The position numbers and the translations under genes are program-made. A stretch of DNA of 64,000 nucleotides, taken from contig OZ024754.1 of NCBI GenBank assembly GCA_964016885.1, positions 40,858,001-40,922,000 of the forward strand, written 5' to 3'. Positions 39,451-52,705 of this stretch are shown here, one piece after another; within the stretch, counting starts at the first letter, position 1; each line of letters begins with the position of its first letter. Under the pieces are notes generated by a model. It worked only from the letters and a program-made list of their open reading frames with translations, was not told the DNA's origin and made no database searches. This stretch comes from Eledone cirrhosa (taxonomy: Eukaryota).

Positions 39451-40545
39451 CGGTGGCGGGGGATGATAGTAGTAGTAGTGGTGGCGGTGGCGGGGGATGA
39501 TAGTAGTAGTAGTGGTGGCGGTGGCGGGGGATGATAGTAGTAGTAGTGGTGGCGGTGGCGGGGGATGATAGTAGTAGTAGTGGTGGCGGTGGCGGGGATG
39601 ATAGTAGTAGTAGTGGTGGCGGTGGCGGGGGATGATAGTAGTAGTAGTGGTGGCGGTGGCGGGGGATGATAGTAGTAGTAGTGGTGGCGGTGGCGGGGGA
39701 TGATAGTAGTAGTAGTGGTGGCGGTGGCGGGGATGATAGTAGTAGTAGTGGTGGCGGTGGCGGGGATGATAGTAGTAGTAGTGGTGGCGGTGGCGGGGAT
39801 GATAGTAGTAGTAGTGGTGGCGGTGGCGGGGGATGATAGTAGTAGTAGTAGTGGTAGTGGTGGTGGTGGTAATAAAAGTAAATGTGATGATGGTATTTAC
39901 TGAATATTTTAGTCATTGTTGTTAAGATGTCTCATAATACAGTTTCTCACCGACAGATGGGGTGACAGTGTACGTATTAGAGGGGGATTGGTAGAGAGAG
40001 AGAGAGAGGTAGGTAGAGTTGGAGAGAGAGAAGTAGGGAGAGATAGTTGGAGAGAGAGAGGTAGGGAGAGATTGGAGAGAGAGAGGTAGGGAGAGATAGA
40101 GTTGGGTAGGGAGAGATTGGAGAGAGAGATATAGTTGGGGGAGGGAGGGAGAGAGGTTGGGAGAGATAGAGTTGGTGAGGGAGAGAGATATAGAGTTGGG
40201 GAGAGAGATAGTTGGAGAGAGAGAGAGAGGTAGGGAGAGATTGGAGAGAGAGATATAGTTGGGGGAGGGAGGGAGAGAGGTTGGGAGAGATAGAGTTGGT
40301 GAGGGAGAGAGATATAGAGTTGGAGAGAGAGAGAGGTAGGGAGAGATAGAGTTGGTGAGGGAGAGAGATATAGAGTTGGGGAGAGAGATAGAGTTGGTGA
40401 GGGAGAGAGATATAGAGTTGGGGAGAGAGATAGTTGGAGAGAGAGAGAGAGGTAGGGAGAGATATAGTTGGGGAGAGTGGTAGGGAGAGATAGAGTTGGA
40501 GAGGGAGAGAGATATAGAGTTGGGGAGAGAGAGATAGAGAGAGAG
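39400..40545. repeat. About 33-bp minisatellite (39400-39860) and GA-rich minisatellite (about 40000-40545)
   Basis: ggggatgatagtagtagtagtggtggcggtggc repeats; gagagatatagagttgg repeats. Confidence 0.9.
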
Positions 40546-41026
40546 AGAATACAAACACACGGCAACAACAATTAAAACTATTGGTGTTGCTGCCACACAC
40601 ACTGTGTGTGTGTGTGTGTGTGTGTGTTAATGCTTGAGTGTGCGTATTGTTTGTATTTAGTGTCGTGTGTGCGTGTTATGCGTGGGCATACTTCACACAT
40701 ACATATACACACGTGTATATAGAAAGATAATGTGTGGATTGTGTGTGTATAGTGCACACACACACACATACATATATACACACATACATATATACACACA
40801 CACATACATATATATAAACACATAAATATCCACACATGTATATAGAGAGATAGATGTGTGGATATAGTGCGTGGCGACACACACACACACACACACATAA
40901 TATATATGCACACATATACATACACACACATGTAGATGTGTTAGTGTTGTGGGTGTATATTATGCGTGGGCACACTACATACACACACATGCACATGTAT
41001 GTATGCGCATGTGTGTGTGGTTGTGT

Positions 41027-41059
<33 letters not shown>

Positions 41060-42511
41060 CAAATTGATGTGTATGTGTCTCTGTGATAAGCATTTGAGTA
41101 TGTTGTATCTAAGAAAACGTGTGTTACTGTTGTGAATGTGTGTGGTGTGTGTATGTGAATGTGTGTGTGTTTTGTGTATAATATGTATTAGAAGAGTTTA
41201 TAAGGATGTGGTTATATGCCTGTGTGTGTGTGTGGTATGGCAGGGACTATGGTTTTAAAAAAACAACCACCCACACTATCGAATTAACCGGAACTTGCTC
41301 TGATTTATTATGAAATAATAATAATAATGATAATGATTTTAGGGCCTGCTTGCTTCTCTGTTGCCTTCTAAAATGTGGTATTGGGAGAGAGGTACACGTG
41401 TTGTAATCCTTTGTGTTAGTTGGCAGCCATTGTTATTTGGTTTGGTCGATAGGGGGCGCTGAGTGGCTGTGTATGATATGAGTCAGATTTTCAATGGAGC
41501 TCAGTAAATCTTTTCTTCCTTTAAAGCATTAATTTTAAAACATTTTCTCCTCTTCTAAAATCTATTTACAAGTATAGGGCAAGCAAGAAAAAAAGGGGCT
41601 TAGACTATCCTCTTCCCATTTTTATTTAGTGCAATCCTGGGAAAAAAATGAACGAAATGGACGGTTTCTTGTCTGCTGTTGGCTTCTAGCAGCAAACCCT
41701 TATTTCTTATTGTTTGTCTGCTTGCTGATGGTCTCATTTCTTTTGTGAACGCTGTGACTACTATTGTAACAATATCTTGGAAGAGATAGAGGTAAAAAGA
41801 AGGCGTGATAGTTTTCAACAGCAGATTTGTATCTGTGTGTATTGTTTATCCTGAACTTAATTCTCATTGAATAAATCGTCCTTTCTTGGATATTATTCAT
41901 ATACGATTGATTCTCCGGTAGTGTGTGTAATTTGAGGTTGAGTTGACTACTATTTCCAGGTCATCGAGCGTATAGAGATACTCTGTTGTTGGCTTTGTGT
42001 GTAGAATAGAGTAGTATTATCTAAGTTCAAATCCCGCCAAGGTTAGCTTTGTCTTTCATCCTTACAGAGTCGATAAAATGAAGTTCCAGTAATTCACTGG
42101 GGTTTTCGATTTAATTGCCCCCCCCCCCCCATTGTTAGCCTTGTGCCTAAATCAGAAACTAATATTTGTATAATCAAGTATATATTTATATTCTACAAGG
42201 CTTGTTGTCTTGTAAAATGTACATATTTCAAATAGAGAAGAATTTTGCCGCCATGTTGGAAAAGTGTCCGCCATCTTGGAATCGAATATGTATGTAGGTG
42301 GCCGGCTGTTGATTGTGGTTTATGGTGATATTGTTTTGTTAGTTTTCATATCAAATTTGTTTTTGTATCACAATTCGCACCTTTTTCTCACTACACCGAT
42401 TCACTATAGGTGGATGATAATTTATGATAATGATATTGAATATCCACTTTATAAATGTATATGTATGCGTGTATATATGTGTCTATGTACGTGTGTATAT
42501 ATGTATGATTA

Positions 42512-42559
<48 letters not shown>

Positions 42560-42663
42560 CATGTGTGTTTGTGTATTTGTGTGTATGTGTATGTATGGAT
42601 ATATGGATATATATGTGTGTATGTATGTATATGTATGTGTATTTGTACGTGTATGTATATATG

Positions 42664-42696
<33 letters not shown>

Positions 42697-42927
42697 GTAT
42701 GTATATATATATGTATGTATATATATATGTATGTATATATATATGTATGTATATATATGTGTATGTGTATGTATATACATGTGTATGTATATATGTGTGT
42801 GTGTGTGTGTGTGTGTATATGTGCATGTGTGTTTATTTTTCCTTTCCTTCTTCCTTTTCCAGCCTCACTTTCATATAGATTATATTTTTGTTTTTAAAAT
42901 CCAATGTCAATAAATACACCAGGATTT

Positions 42928-42988
42928 TTTCATTCTGATGATTGAAAGCAAATTTTGTTTGCTTTCAAGAAACCACTGGTAAATGAAA
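42928..42988 (+). ncRNA. Type-I hammerhead ribozyme motif (family B, canonical core)
   Basis: TTTCATT-CTGATGA-TTGAAAGCAAA TTTTG TTTGCTTTCAA-GAAA-CCACTGG-TA^AATGAAA; perfect 7-bp stem I and 11-bp stem II; tail GCTCTG...TAGAGCAC at 43024-43046. Confidence 0.9.
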
Positions 42989-43759
42989 TAATTATCTTAT
43001 GTTGTTTATTACATAACTATTAAGCTCTGTAACCTACATAGAGCACTCTTTCTTCCTGGACCTTTCCGACGGAATTACTTCATTAATATATAATATACAA
43101 ATGGTTTCTAATTTATGTACAAGTCCAGCAATTTTGATGTGAGTGGGGGAAAAGTGCTTGACTGGTACTTTATTTTATTGACCCCCCAGAAGAACATACA
43201 CAATAAACTAACCCAAAGTGGAAACAAGCACGAAATGAGACATTGTATTATTTGTGGACGGGTGTTTCACAGACTTCCAGGACTCAAAAGCCGCCATTTG
43301 AGATCCTGTGCCGTGAAGAATCAAACACAAAGTGCAAGAAGTGCTCCTTACAAAGCTTGACCATTTTCTTGAGCAAGACACTTTATTTCTCGTTGCTCCA
43401 GTCCACCCAGCTGTACCAGTAATTCGAAGAGCCAGCCTTATCATACACTGTGTCACACTGGTTTATTTTTTTTTGGGGGGGGGGGGGGTTTACATTATGG
43501 GTACGCTTGAATACTGAATGCTCAGTCACTTGAACGTTCATTTCAGGAGTAGGTTGTTCTCTTGATCGAATAACAGATACTCATTGTCGAAACCGACGGA
43601 GACCCATCCTTTCTTTAGTTTATTAAAAAAAAAAACAATGTTCTGTTTTGAAACTATTGATAGCTTCATTAGTTAATGGTAAATAGAAGTTTATTAATTG
43701 CAGCCATGAGCATAATTTCACATCTCATTTACTTCCTTCACCGAGTTCCTCACTACAGT

Positions 43760-44162
43760 TTAACTCTTTAGCATTTACTGGCAGTATCGGTAGAGGGTTG
43801 GACGCCATGCTGTCTAGCATAGTTACGTCCTTTTACGGTCTGAGTTCAAATCCCGTCGAGGTTAACTTTGCCTTTCATCCTTATGGGGTCGATAAAATAA
43901 AGTACCAGTAATGTACTGGGTAATTGCTGGCCTTGTGCCAAAAGTAGAAACAATTACTCTATATATACTATTGTATTTTAACGGTAAACACTTTATATAA
44001 CATAATTATCCCACATAATATCGAATCTACGAGATTTTGATAGTATTTATTTTGAGAACAATACCTTAACATCAGCATGAGCGGCCAGTTACAGCCAGTT
44101 TAAACAGAAAGAGGTGAGAAAAGTCTGGCTGGATACGGCCTGCTTAAATGCTTAAGGGTTAA
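43760..44162. mobile_element. piggyBac-like MITE with nested SINE (43779-43955)
   Basis: TTAA-CTCTTTAGCATTTA ... TAAATGCTTAAGGG-TTAA; matches 831-1024 once the SINE is removed. Confidence 0.75.
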
Positions 44163-45238
44163 AACACAAGACTCTTACGAAGCCCTATTTCGCAAGAGAG
44201 GGAGAAAAAATAAAGGGGGGGGGGTGTAGGTAGGGAGTTTGTCAACACAACTGACAGTTGTGGTATAGAGGGGGTTGCTTAAAGTTGACAGAATCCCTCT
44301 CCACCTCACCCCTCCTTCACCCCATTACAAACAAACAGACGACATATATGCAAATATTTCAAACGACTCCCTTGATACCGTTTTCATCCCAGTCGGACGA
44401 AGCATTAGTTGGCTACATGGCTACGACCTAAGTCAGTCAAAGGTTCATTTGTTTTAGTAAAAAGGAGATAGCTTTACCGGAAGTTAAAGCTTCATCAAAG
44501 ATGAAGACATTTTTTTATTTTTTTTTATATGTATTTCTTTTAATGTATCTATTATTCTTTCTATTTAATTCTTTTTTTGTTGTATTAGGTTTTAATTTAT
44601 ATATTTTTAATCATGTGTGGACTCCAGTGTAGCTATTTTACCGACTGAAGTTGTCGGCTTCGCGCACCGATATGTATTTATTTCGTGGTTGGTTTGTTTG
44701 TTTATTGTTGTTGTTTAAGTCCCAGTATGGCGGCAACAGGAAATAGCCAACATGATTTCCGTTGAATTTCCTGCGCTTCAACCATTATCATTTTTACAGT
44801 TGATAAAGAACTTACTGTTGTATCGAAACAATTTTCAGTAAACCTTTCATTAACATATTTCCAGTGAGATGCGCTGCCTATGTATATTATTCCAAATAAT
44901 CAATGCTTCGGATGGCTTTTTTAGTAGTAGTTTCTCTCTCTCTAGGAGTAGTTTGCCCTATTTTAAAAGTTTTTATTTATAACAATCGACTGTGATTACA
45001 ATTATTTTCTGCGTTTGGGATTTCTCCTTTTTCTAAGAAGTTAAATTTATATAATTTCATTTTAATCACTTTTTAATATTAAAAAAAATTTTTCTTCTTC
45101 TTCTATTTTTAGAATAAGAAACATGAAATCGATCGTCTGATTCCCACATCTGATCCAAGAGAAATTTACCAAGATCAATAAATAATATCTGAAACAACTT
45201 GTAACCCTAAATTCAAACCACAACATTTTTACAGCACC

Positions 45239-46033
45239 ATGTTGGAGACTAGGAACGAATTCCAAAGCAGCTATTGCTGGGCTGAATGCCCGCAGGATTC
45301 TACACCTTTAGACCTTAGCACCGCTTCTCAGAATACTCATAATGCCCATACTTGTGAAATAGTCGTTAGAAACGGCAGGAAATTCAGTGTAAATTGTGAC
45401 ACTCTTACGCGACACAGTGGTTATTTCCGGTGGTTATTCACAGAATCTGGCACCAACGATCGATCACCGATTATCTTGGACTGTATCAAAGAAACAGAAT
45501 TTCAGACAGTTTTAGATTATATTTGTAGAGGTAGAGTTGATCTTGATATGAGCAACATAAAGAACGTTTTACAGACTTGTCAGAAACTTTTACTAGCACA
45601 GCTCACTGCATATTGTGAACAGTTCCTCCTCACTAAATTAGACTCTCACTGGTTGCAGATATTGGGCTTAGTTAGTGATTTCTGTTTACTTCTTCTAGGT
45701 CCAGCACTCTATGATTTTCTATTGAAAAACTTTGAAACTATTAGCAAGGATGTTGACCGATTCAATCAAATTCCTTTTGAAGTTCTTTTTTCACTGGCCA
45801 AAAGCCACCAACTAAAGGTTCCCTCGGAGTTTTTTCTCTTCAAACAGATTGTGAAATGGATAAATTCCGATTTTGAGGCACGGGCGAAGTACTTCGACTA
45901 TTTTATGTCAGTGGTGCGACTCCCAGTAATGTCAAGAGAAGAACTTGAAGAAGTAGCAATGTATTTCAACCCTTGTGTTGATACACCAGCTCTACACATG
46001 TTACAGTTCTTGTTGAATGATTCTCTAACGTGA
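45239..46033 (+). CDS. BTB/POZ-BACK domain protein (kelch-like N-terminal architecture, no kelch repeats in the ORF)
   Basis: 264-aa non-repetitive ORF. BTB: CEIVVRNGRKFSVN..TLTRHSGYFRWLF...FQTVLDYICRGRVDL...VLQTCQKLLL..L..YCEQFL. BACK: LLKNF...FNQIPFEVL...LKVPSEFFLFKQIVKWI...VVRLPVMS. Confidence 0.85.
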   Translation: MLETRNEFQSSYCWAECPQDSTPLDLSTASQNTHNAHTCEIVVRNGRKFSVNCDTLTRHSGYFRWLFTESGTNDRSPIILDCIKETEFQTVLDYICRGRVDLDMSNIKNVLQTCQKLLLAQLTAYCEQFLLTKLDSHWLQILGLVSDFCLLLLGPALYDFLLKNFETISKDVDRFNQIPFEVLFSLAKSHQLKVPSEFFLFKQIVKWINSDFEARAKYFDYFMSVVRLPVMSREELEEVAMYFNPCVDTPALHMLQFLLNDSLT

Positions 46034-46621
46034 TGGAAAGGTGGCGGAGAGAGAGATTGTGTGTGTGTGTGTGTGTGTGTGTGTTTGTATGAGAGAGAGA
46101 GAGACTGACTGACTGTGTAGATAAGATACCGAATTCAGAACTATCTTTAAACTTTGGTGTTTAAAACCACTGCAAGCATTTCATTGTGCCTCTTTAAAAC
46201 GACGCTTAATTCTTTTCTGTCACAGATGACCTAGCTTTTATTAATTAGGGCACCACCAGGTCATCAGGCCATGTTATCTGCATCTTATTGGTGTCCTCTT
46301 CACGAGAAGTTTAACAATCAAACTATTTAGTTATGAAACCACTACTGACCACTGGTCTTTAGGCACCAGGTCATCTGAGAATGTTGCTAACCGCTGGCTT
46401 TTTTCTAGGTCTTTCAGTTATTGGGTTAATTCTTGACAGATCACAGGTGTCTTCTCTCACCTGTATAACAAAACTGACGGAATTTACTCTTTTTTTTTGA
46501 TACTAGAAACATATTTCTTTGTGAAACCAAACTTAAAAAAAAATCTGTTAACTACGGTTTCTAGACTTTTAGCAAATATCGTTTCTTCATTTATATCCAC
46601 TGTTATATACATAATATAAAT

Positions 46622-46856
46622 CAGGCATGTCAAACTGAACGTCCCCCCCTCCGAGGGCCACATGAGTCACATGTGTTGTCTGAGGGCCACATGGGGTCAC
46701 ATATGTGTTTTCTAAGGGCCAAACATGACAACTAATTGCGCACATTACAAATAATATTTTTTTATTTTATATTACGAAGATAAAACATACTTGCGCTGTA
46801 AAACCTTTGTGCGGGCCGCAGGTGTGTTGTAAAGGGCCGCATGTTTGATATGCCTG
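46622..46856. mobile_element. hAT (Charlie-like) MITE
   Basis: TIRs CAGGCATGTCAAAC / GTTTGATATGCCTG; 8-bp TSD ATATAAAT on both sides; subterminal GGGCCGCA repeats. Confidence 0.9.
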
Positions 46857-47056
46857 ATATAAATAATAATCATATGACTATCCATTAACAGTCCATCCCT
46901 ATGTGTTAATACAGTAGACCTTCTGAGAGGTCTTTGCATACAAAAACAAAATCACTTTACCTCAAACATACACGTATGTGTAACGTGTTCTATATTTCAG
47001 GTATTTGAGAATAAAACCTGTTTAAATGATGCCTTATGATATATTTCTTATGTTAT

Positions 47057-47425
47057 AATTGTTTCTACTTTAGGCACAAGGCCAGCAATTACCCAGTGCA
47101 TTACTGGTACTTTATTTTATCGACCCCGTAAGGATGAAAGGTAAAGTCAACCTCGGCGGGATTTGAACTCAGATCGTAAAGGGACGTAACTATGTTAATA
47201 AACATGCTTTTTGATTTAGACACAAGACCCACAAACTTGGGAGAGGGGAAAATCGATTAAATCGACCCCCCCCCCCAAATGCATTACTGGTACGTTATTT
47301 TATCGACTCCGTAAGGATGAAAGGCAAAGCTAGCCTTGGTGGGATTTGAACTCAGAACACAAAGGGCCGTAACTCTGCGCCGAGAAGCATGTTGTCCAAC
47401 TCTCTAATGATTCTACCAATCCAAA
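47057..47425 (-). mobile_element. Two tandem Nin/Deu-domain SINEs
   Basis: Two reverse-complement units. Confidence 0.85.
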
Positions 47426-49196
47426 TAATGTGAGAAAAGTCAAAGAAAAACACTACAAGACATCAACACAACCCAACGATCTATATTAGTTTTAACACTT
47501 AATATAATGGAAGAGTCTAACGTTTCGGACGTTAGTCCTTCAGCGGAAGACAGAATGAGAGAGAGGGAGAGAAAGAGAGTGAGAGTAAGAAGAAAAGAGA
47601 ACGGGGGGGGGGGGCTTACCACGTTGTTTGACGGTGGTGATGGAGGTGTTGTTTGGTGGTGGTGGGCTGGGCTGGATTTGGGCGGGGCCTGGTTGGGCTA
47701 ATTGTTAGGTCTACCTACTTACCCACACAGCTACCCACTTACCCACCTTCTCACAGAACTACCCACAAACCTACCAACATACCACCCACCCACCAACATA
47801 CCTACCCACCTTCCTACCCCCAACCCACCTACCCACCCTATCTACCCACCCTTACCTACCTACCCAGCCCCTACACTACCCACCCACCCCACCTACCCAC
47901 CCCTATCTACCCTACAGTGATAATATGGAGCAGAAAGGAATGGAAGTAGGCGGAGGGAGGGGGAAGACTTGTTGTTGTCTGACCCCTTTACTCATTAAAC
48001 CCTGCTAACCCCTCCCCATTTTCCCTCCACACTCCACCACACCATTTACCGACCACTAACACACCACTACCACCACTAACACCACCACCTCCACCACCTC
48101 CACCCCCACTAACACCCCCCCCCCCCTCCACAAACACCACCACTAACCCCCCCCCCCCCCCCTCCCCCCACCACCACCACTAACACCACCACCTCCACCA
48201 ACACCTCCACCACTACCACCACCTCCACTAACACACCACCACCTCCACCAACACCACCACTAACACCACCACCACTAACCCCCCCCCCCCCCCCTCCACC
48301 AACACCTCCACCACTACCACCACCTCCACTACCACCACCACTAACACACCACCACCTCCACCAACACCACCACTAACCCCCCCCCCCCTCCACTAACACC
48401 ACCACCTCCACCAACACCTCCACCACTACCACCACCTCCACTACCACCACCACTAACACACCACCACCTCCACCAACACCACCACCACTAACATCACCAA
48501 ACTCCTCCTACTACTACTATCCACTACTCTCAATAAAACCAGTCTCAACTATAATCGCAACCACCGCCACTGCCACCATCACCGCCACAACCACCACCAC
48601 CATCGCTACCACCACCACCACCACCACCACCATTACCACCACCAACATCGCTACCACTACCACCGCCACCACCACCACCGCTACAACCACCACCATCGCT
48701 ACCACCACCACCACCACCACCATTACCACCACCACCATCGCTACCACTACCACCGTCACAACCACCACCACTACCACCGCCACAAGTGTTACCCCCCCCC
48801 CTCAACTGCGCAACTAATTTCTATAGCTGAGTAAACTGGAATGATGTGAAATAAAGTGTCTTGCTCAAGGACAGCTCCACTCTCCCTCTCTCTCTCTCTC
48901 TCTCACCTTACTCTCCCTCTCTCTACCCATCTTCTCGTTCTACTCTTCGTCTCTCACCTTCTGTCTCTACCACCCTCTTTACGTTCTCTCTACCCCCCCC
49001 TCTTCTTTACTCTCTCTTTCTCTACTTTCCCTCCTCTCTCTACCTCCCCTCCCCTCCTCTCCCCCCTCTCTACTCCCCTTCCTCTCTTCTTTTCTCTCTC
49101 TACCCCAATTTTAAACTCAACAACCCTCTCCTCACACAATTCCCTAACATATTTTTTAATTATAAAAGCAATATTGCAATATTTTTTAAATTCAAA

Positions 49197-49239
49197 ACTA
49201 TTTCTGATGATTCAAAAGATGAAACTACAGTTAAATGGT
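49197..49239 (+). ncRNA. Minimal hammerhead ribozyme motif
   Basis: ACTATTT-CTGATGA-TTCAAAAGAT-GAA-ACTACAGT-T^AAATGGT; 7-bp stem I; weak stem II. Confidence 0.65.
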
Positions 49240-49418
49240 ATTTAAAAAATTTATTCAGTGTAATCGCTCATTTACTTAACTATATATCTACCTTAGTCGC
49301 GACATCAAATACTCACATAGTGGTCACTATATATATATATATCCCGGAGTCTTCCAAAAGTAATGGTTGCATTTTGTAAGGGTATGTCAATATTTATTTA
49401 TAAAACTGGTATATATTG

Positions 49419-49483
49419 TATTTTGTCTGATGAAAGCATACCAGAATTTAACATGGTATCCTTGAAATATGTATAATAAAATA
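49419..49483 (+). ncRNA. Type-I hammerhead ribozyme motif (family C) with tail
   Basis: TATTTTGT-CTGATGA-AAGCATACCA...TGGTATCCTT-GAA-ATATGTAT-A^ATAAAATA; ACTCC...TTGAGTGC at 49531-49552. Confidence 0.85.
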
Positions 49484-50339
49484 GATATGGTTTTATAAAT
49501 ATAGTTTCCATTTGTTAATATCGTATGTTTACTCCAAATACTTGTTGAGTGCTTTATATCAGTTATAAAAATATTTTTGCTTGTTGTATCCCAACAATTT
49601 AAATAGAACTTTTGCATATATATATATATAGTTTGGTGGCGACAGATCAAATACTCTCACAGTGGTCGGCTTTTCAAACTTTTTCACTCGTTCCTTTTGA
49701 TTATAGTCTGTTTGTTTCATCAATGTAAATCTTATAAGCCAAGGATAACCTAATTCAATTTTGTGTCCATATAATTCTATGATGGTGAAATATGGTTATA
49801 CAGGATGAGCATTAAGTCTTCTCCTGATTATAAAATACCATATCTCGGATACTCTTTGAGATTTTACTTTTTCATCGTTTTAATTTATAAATTTCAAGTT
49901 TAAAGTTTTTCTGAACATGTTTTGTATTTTCTCTTCTACAGGAAGTGGTTGTAATATTCAGTAACAAAATGGCAGCTATGAAACAAAAAGCTCAGTATGT
50001 TTTGTGAATCAGAGAAAGACTTTATGTTCACTCTGTATTTCATCGAAGAATACTGAATTTAAAAATATTCGGCATTATTTTATTCTTAAATAGTTCGGGC
50101 GGGAACTTGTCAACCTCAGTCACACGTTTTACTCTGAGCAAATATTTCCAAGGCCCCCCCCCCCCCCCCCCAAAAAAAAACGAATTTAATGTTCTGAGAT
50201 ATTTCTTGTTCGTCTAAATAAAATAGAACGACACGGCAGTTGGGCGGGCTACTGAAGCTAATCCCAAGTAGAGTCACCACTGGTGTGTGTGTGTGAAAGA
50301 ATGCAATGAAAATGAGATAGATCAAATGGCTTTGTTTGA

Positions 50340-51149
50340 TCAGTTTGATAATCGATTTCGAAGAATTTTTCTGTAGGCTTTAGAGCCACACGACAAATCT
50401 AGTTGATAGTAAGATTCTCGTTCTGTCTTCAATGTCTGTTTGAAGTTATCATCTAAATGATTTAATTTCTCTTTTAGTTTGGCAAATGTCAAACTTCCAC
50501 TTGGACTTGAAATCATTTCTTCGGAAGACTTTGATGTCAAAATATCCAAACAGTAATTTATTTTATCATATAAAACATCTGTGCTATTTTCTCCTATATT
50601 AGCGTCCATCTTCTCTTTCAGATACAACTTGCTAATAGTAAAATATATAAAAAGAGGTGTTAAAATCCTAGGAATTTTCTCTATGTTAAAAGTAGGTGTG
50701 CATGTTATTTTCGCCAATGGTTGCTTTTTAGAGAGTAAATCCATAATTTTTCTAATAGGTCTGCTTGTGGAAAATTGCTGTTTGTGTGAGCTGAAATATT
50801 TTTCAGTCAGTTTTTTTGTTTGATATAATCGATGAAGAATAGTCGTGTGGTCGGCAACGCTTTTATTATTCAAATTTATTTTTCGTATATCTTTTATGGC
50901 GGATTTTCCTAGTTGTTGTCTGCGGGAGTCAGTTTTCTTCGTGCATATATCATCATGCAACGCCTGTTGTAATTTTCCCTGACTATCAGTTATGTCGAAG
51001 TTTTGAGATAAAAGCTTTGCATCTGGGCTGTTGATATTAAAACTTGTAAGGATTTTTTTATGTAGTTGCACCAAAGAATCATTGGACCTGGTATTTTCAA
51101 TCGGTGTAACTGGTTGGTATTGAGATGGTATTACACCAAATGTCCGCAT
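50340..51149 (-). CDS. Uncharacterised protein (orphan ORF or terminal exon)
   Basis: 810-nt open, non-repetitive frame in very AT-rich DNA; frame stays open 26 codons upstream of the ATG; no domain recognised. Confidence 0.55.
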   Translation of the reverse strand: MRTFGVIPSQYQPVTPIENTRSNDSLVQLHKKILTSFNINSPDAKLLSQNFDITDSQGKLQQALHDDICTKKTDSRRQQLGKSAIKDIRKINLNNKSVADHTTILHRLYQTKKLTEKYFSSHKQQFSTSRPIRKIMDLLSKKQPLAKITCTPTFNIEKIPRILTPLFIYFTISKLYLKEKMDANIGENSTDVLYDKINYCLDILTSKSSEEMISSPSGSLTFAKLKEKLNHLDDNFKQTLKTERESYYQLDLSCGSKAYRKILRNRLSN

Positions 51150-52225
51150 GCTACGGAGGATGAAGTAGTTTGAAAGAATGTACGATTTAAGAGTTTTGCG
51201 AAATAGAGTATCGAAGCTCCATTGTTCCTACTTAGTTTTTAAAAAAAGATAGAAAAAAAAAAAAGGAGCTCTTTACGATTTAAGATACCTGAGAAACAAA
51301 CGAGCTAGACTTCATTGGTCTTTAAATGAATACCTGAGTTTTGGAAATACCTCCATATTTTGTATCCTAATGTTTCAATTAGTCTACAAAAATACTTCTG
51401 ATAAATTATTCAGGCGTTTTATCAAAATTCTATTTCATAATTCTGTTTATGACGTGTCATCAGAATATTGAATTGAAAATGTCGAAATGACAATTTTTAG
51501 AGGTGACTTTATTATATTCATAAAAGAAACAAAATCTTTGAACCCTTTCATTTTATGTATGGTTCTGTAACTCATAAGGGAGTCGTAGGGACACCGTATT
51601 GAGATACGGCGTTTCTAGGGCATTAACAAAACAAAAAAAAAAACCTGGCGGAGCCCGTCTGCTCTCCAGGTTTGAATATAGCAGATTTCTTATAGAGAGT
51701 GACAGAAAGGAAAATTAGACATAGAGGAAGAATCGACTCTAGTATTTAATTGCTACTTTATTTTAGTGACCTCGAATGGATGAAAAGCAATGTTGACCTC
51801 GGCGTGATTTGAACTCAGAGAGCAGAAAGCCGAAACGAATACTATAAAGTATTCTATCTGATGTTCTAAAGTCTGTCAATTCGCCGTCTAACCATTTTAT
51901 TACCATATTTCATATATCTAATTTGTAATTGAACTACTTAACGAAAAATTTAGGAAGGGTTTATTAAAATTTGATTAATATGGTATTTGTACCATAACAA
52001 GATGTTGTTATATATAAAAAAGATTTTGGACAATTTTAGTTTGGAACTCTTCAAAATGGGTGGCTTTCTTTTATAGAATCAGAAGCGTATTTTTTTTTTT
52101 GGGGGGGGGTATCAAATGTTAAAATACTTCAGCAAAAATCAGTTATCTTGGACAAATTGCTGCGACTTTTCCATTTTTAATGAAAAAATGAAAAACATTT
52201 TTTTTACTGCAACCAGAGTTGTAAT

Positions 52226-52705
52226 AATTGTTTCTACTTTTGGCACAAGGTCAGCAATTACCCCAGTGCATTACTGGTACTTTATTTTATCGACCCATAA
52301 GGATGAAAGGCAAAGTTAACCTCGGCGGGATTTGAACTCAGAATGGCAAGGGCCGTAACTATGCGTCAAAGCATAGCGTCCGACCCTCGACCGATACTGC
52401 TGAAATTTTCTTTTTCTTTTCCATTTTTAATTTTTATTGAAAAAAGGAAAAATTTTTTTTTTTTTTTTTTTTACTGCAACCAGAGTTGTAATAATGATTT
52501 CTAGTATAGGCACAAGGCCAGTAATTTGGGGGAGTAGAAAGTCGATTAAATCGACCCAGTACGTTACTGGTACTTTATTTTATCGACCCCGTAAGGATGA
52601 AAGGCAAAGTTAACCTCGGTGGGATTTGAACTCAGACCGTAAAGGACCGTAACTCTATGCTGCAAAGCATGGCGTTCGACTCCACCGGTACTGCCAATCC
52701 ACCAA
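52226..52705 (-). mobile_element. Two Nin/Deu-domain SINEs with a long duplicated target
   Basis: Units 52226-52400 and 52495-52705, each preceded by ttactgcaaccagagttgtaataat. Confidence 0.85.

Noticed and set aside
49798-50050. Possible Tc1/mariner left end (TA-CAGGATGAGCATTAAGTC)
   Set aside because: No matching second TIR or recognisable transposase segment found
51410-51470. Minus-strand CTGATGA...GAAA as a hammerhead (similar isolated cores near 4868, 37678, 60244 and 62873)
   Set aside because: No compatible stem I and stem III pairing or NUH site
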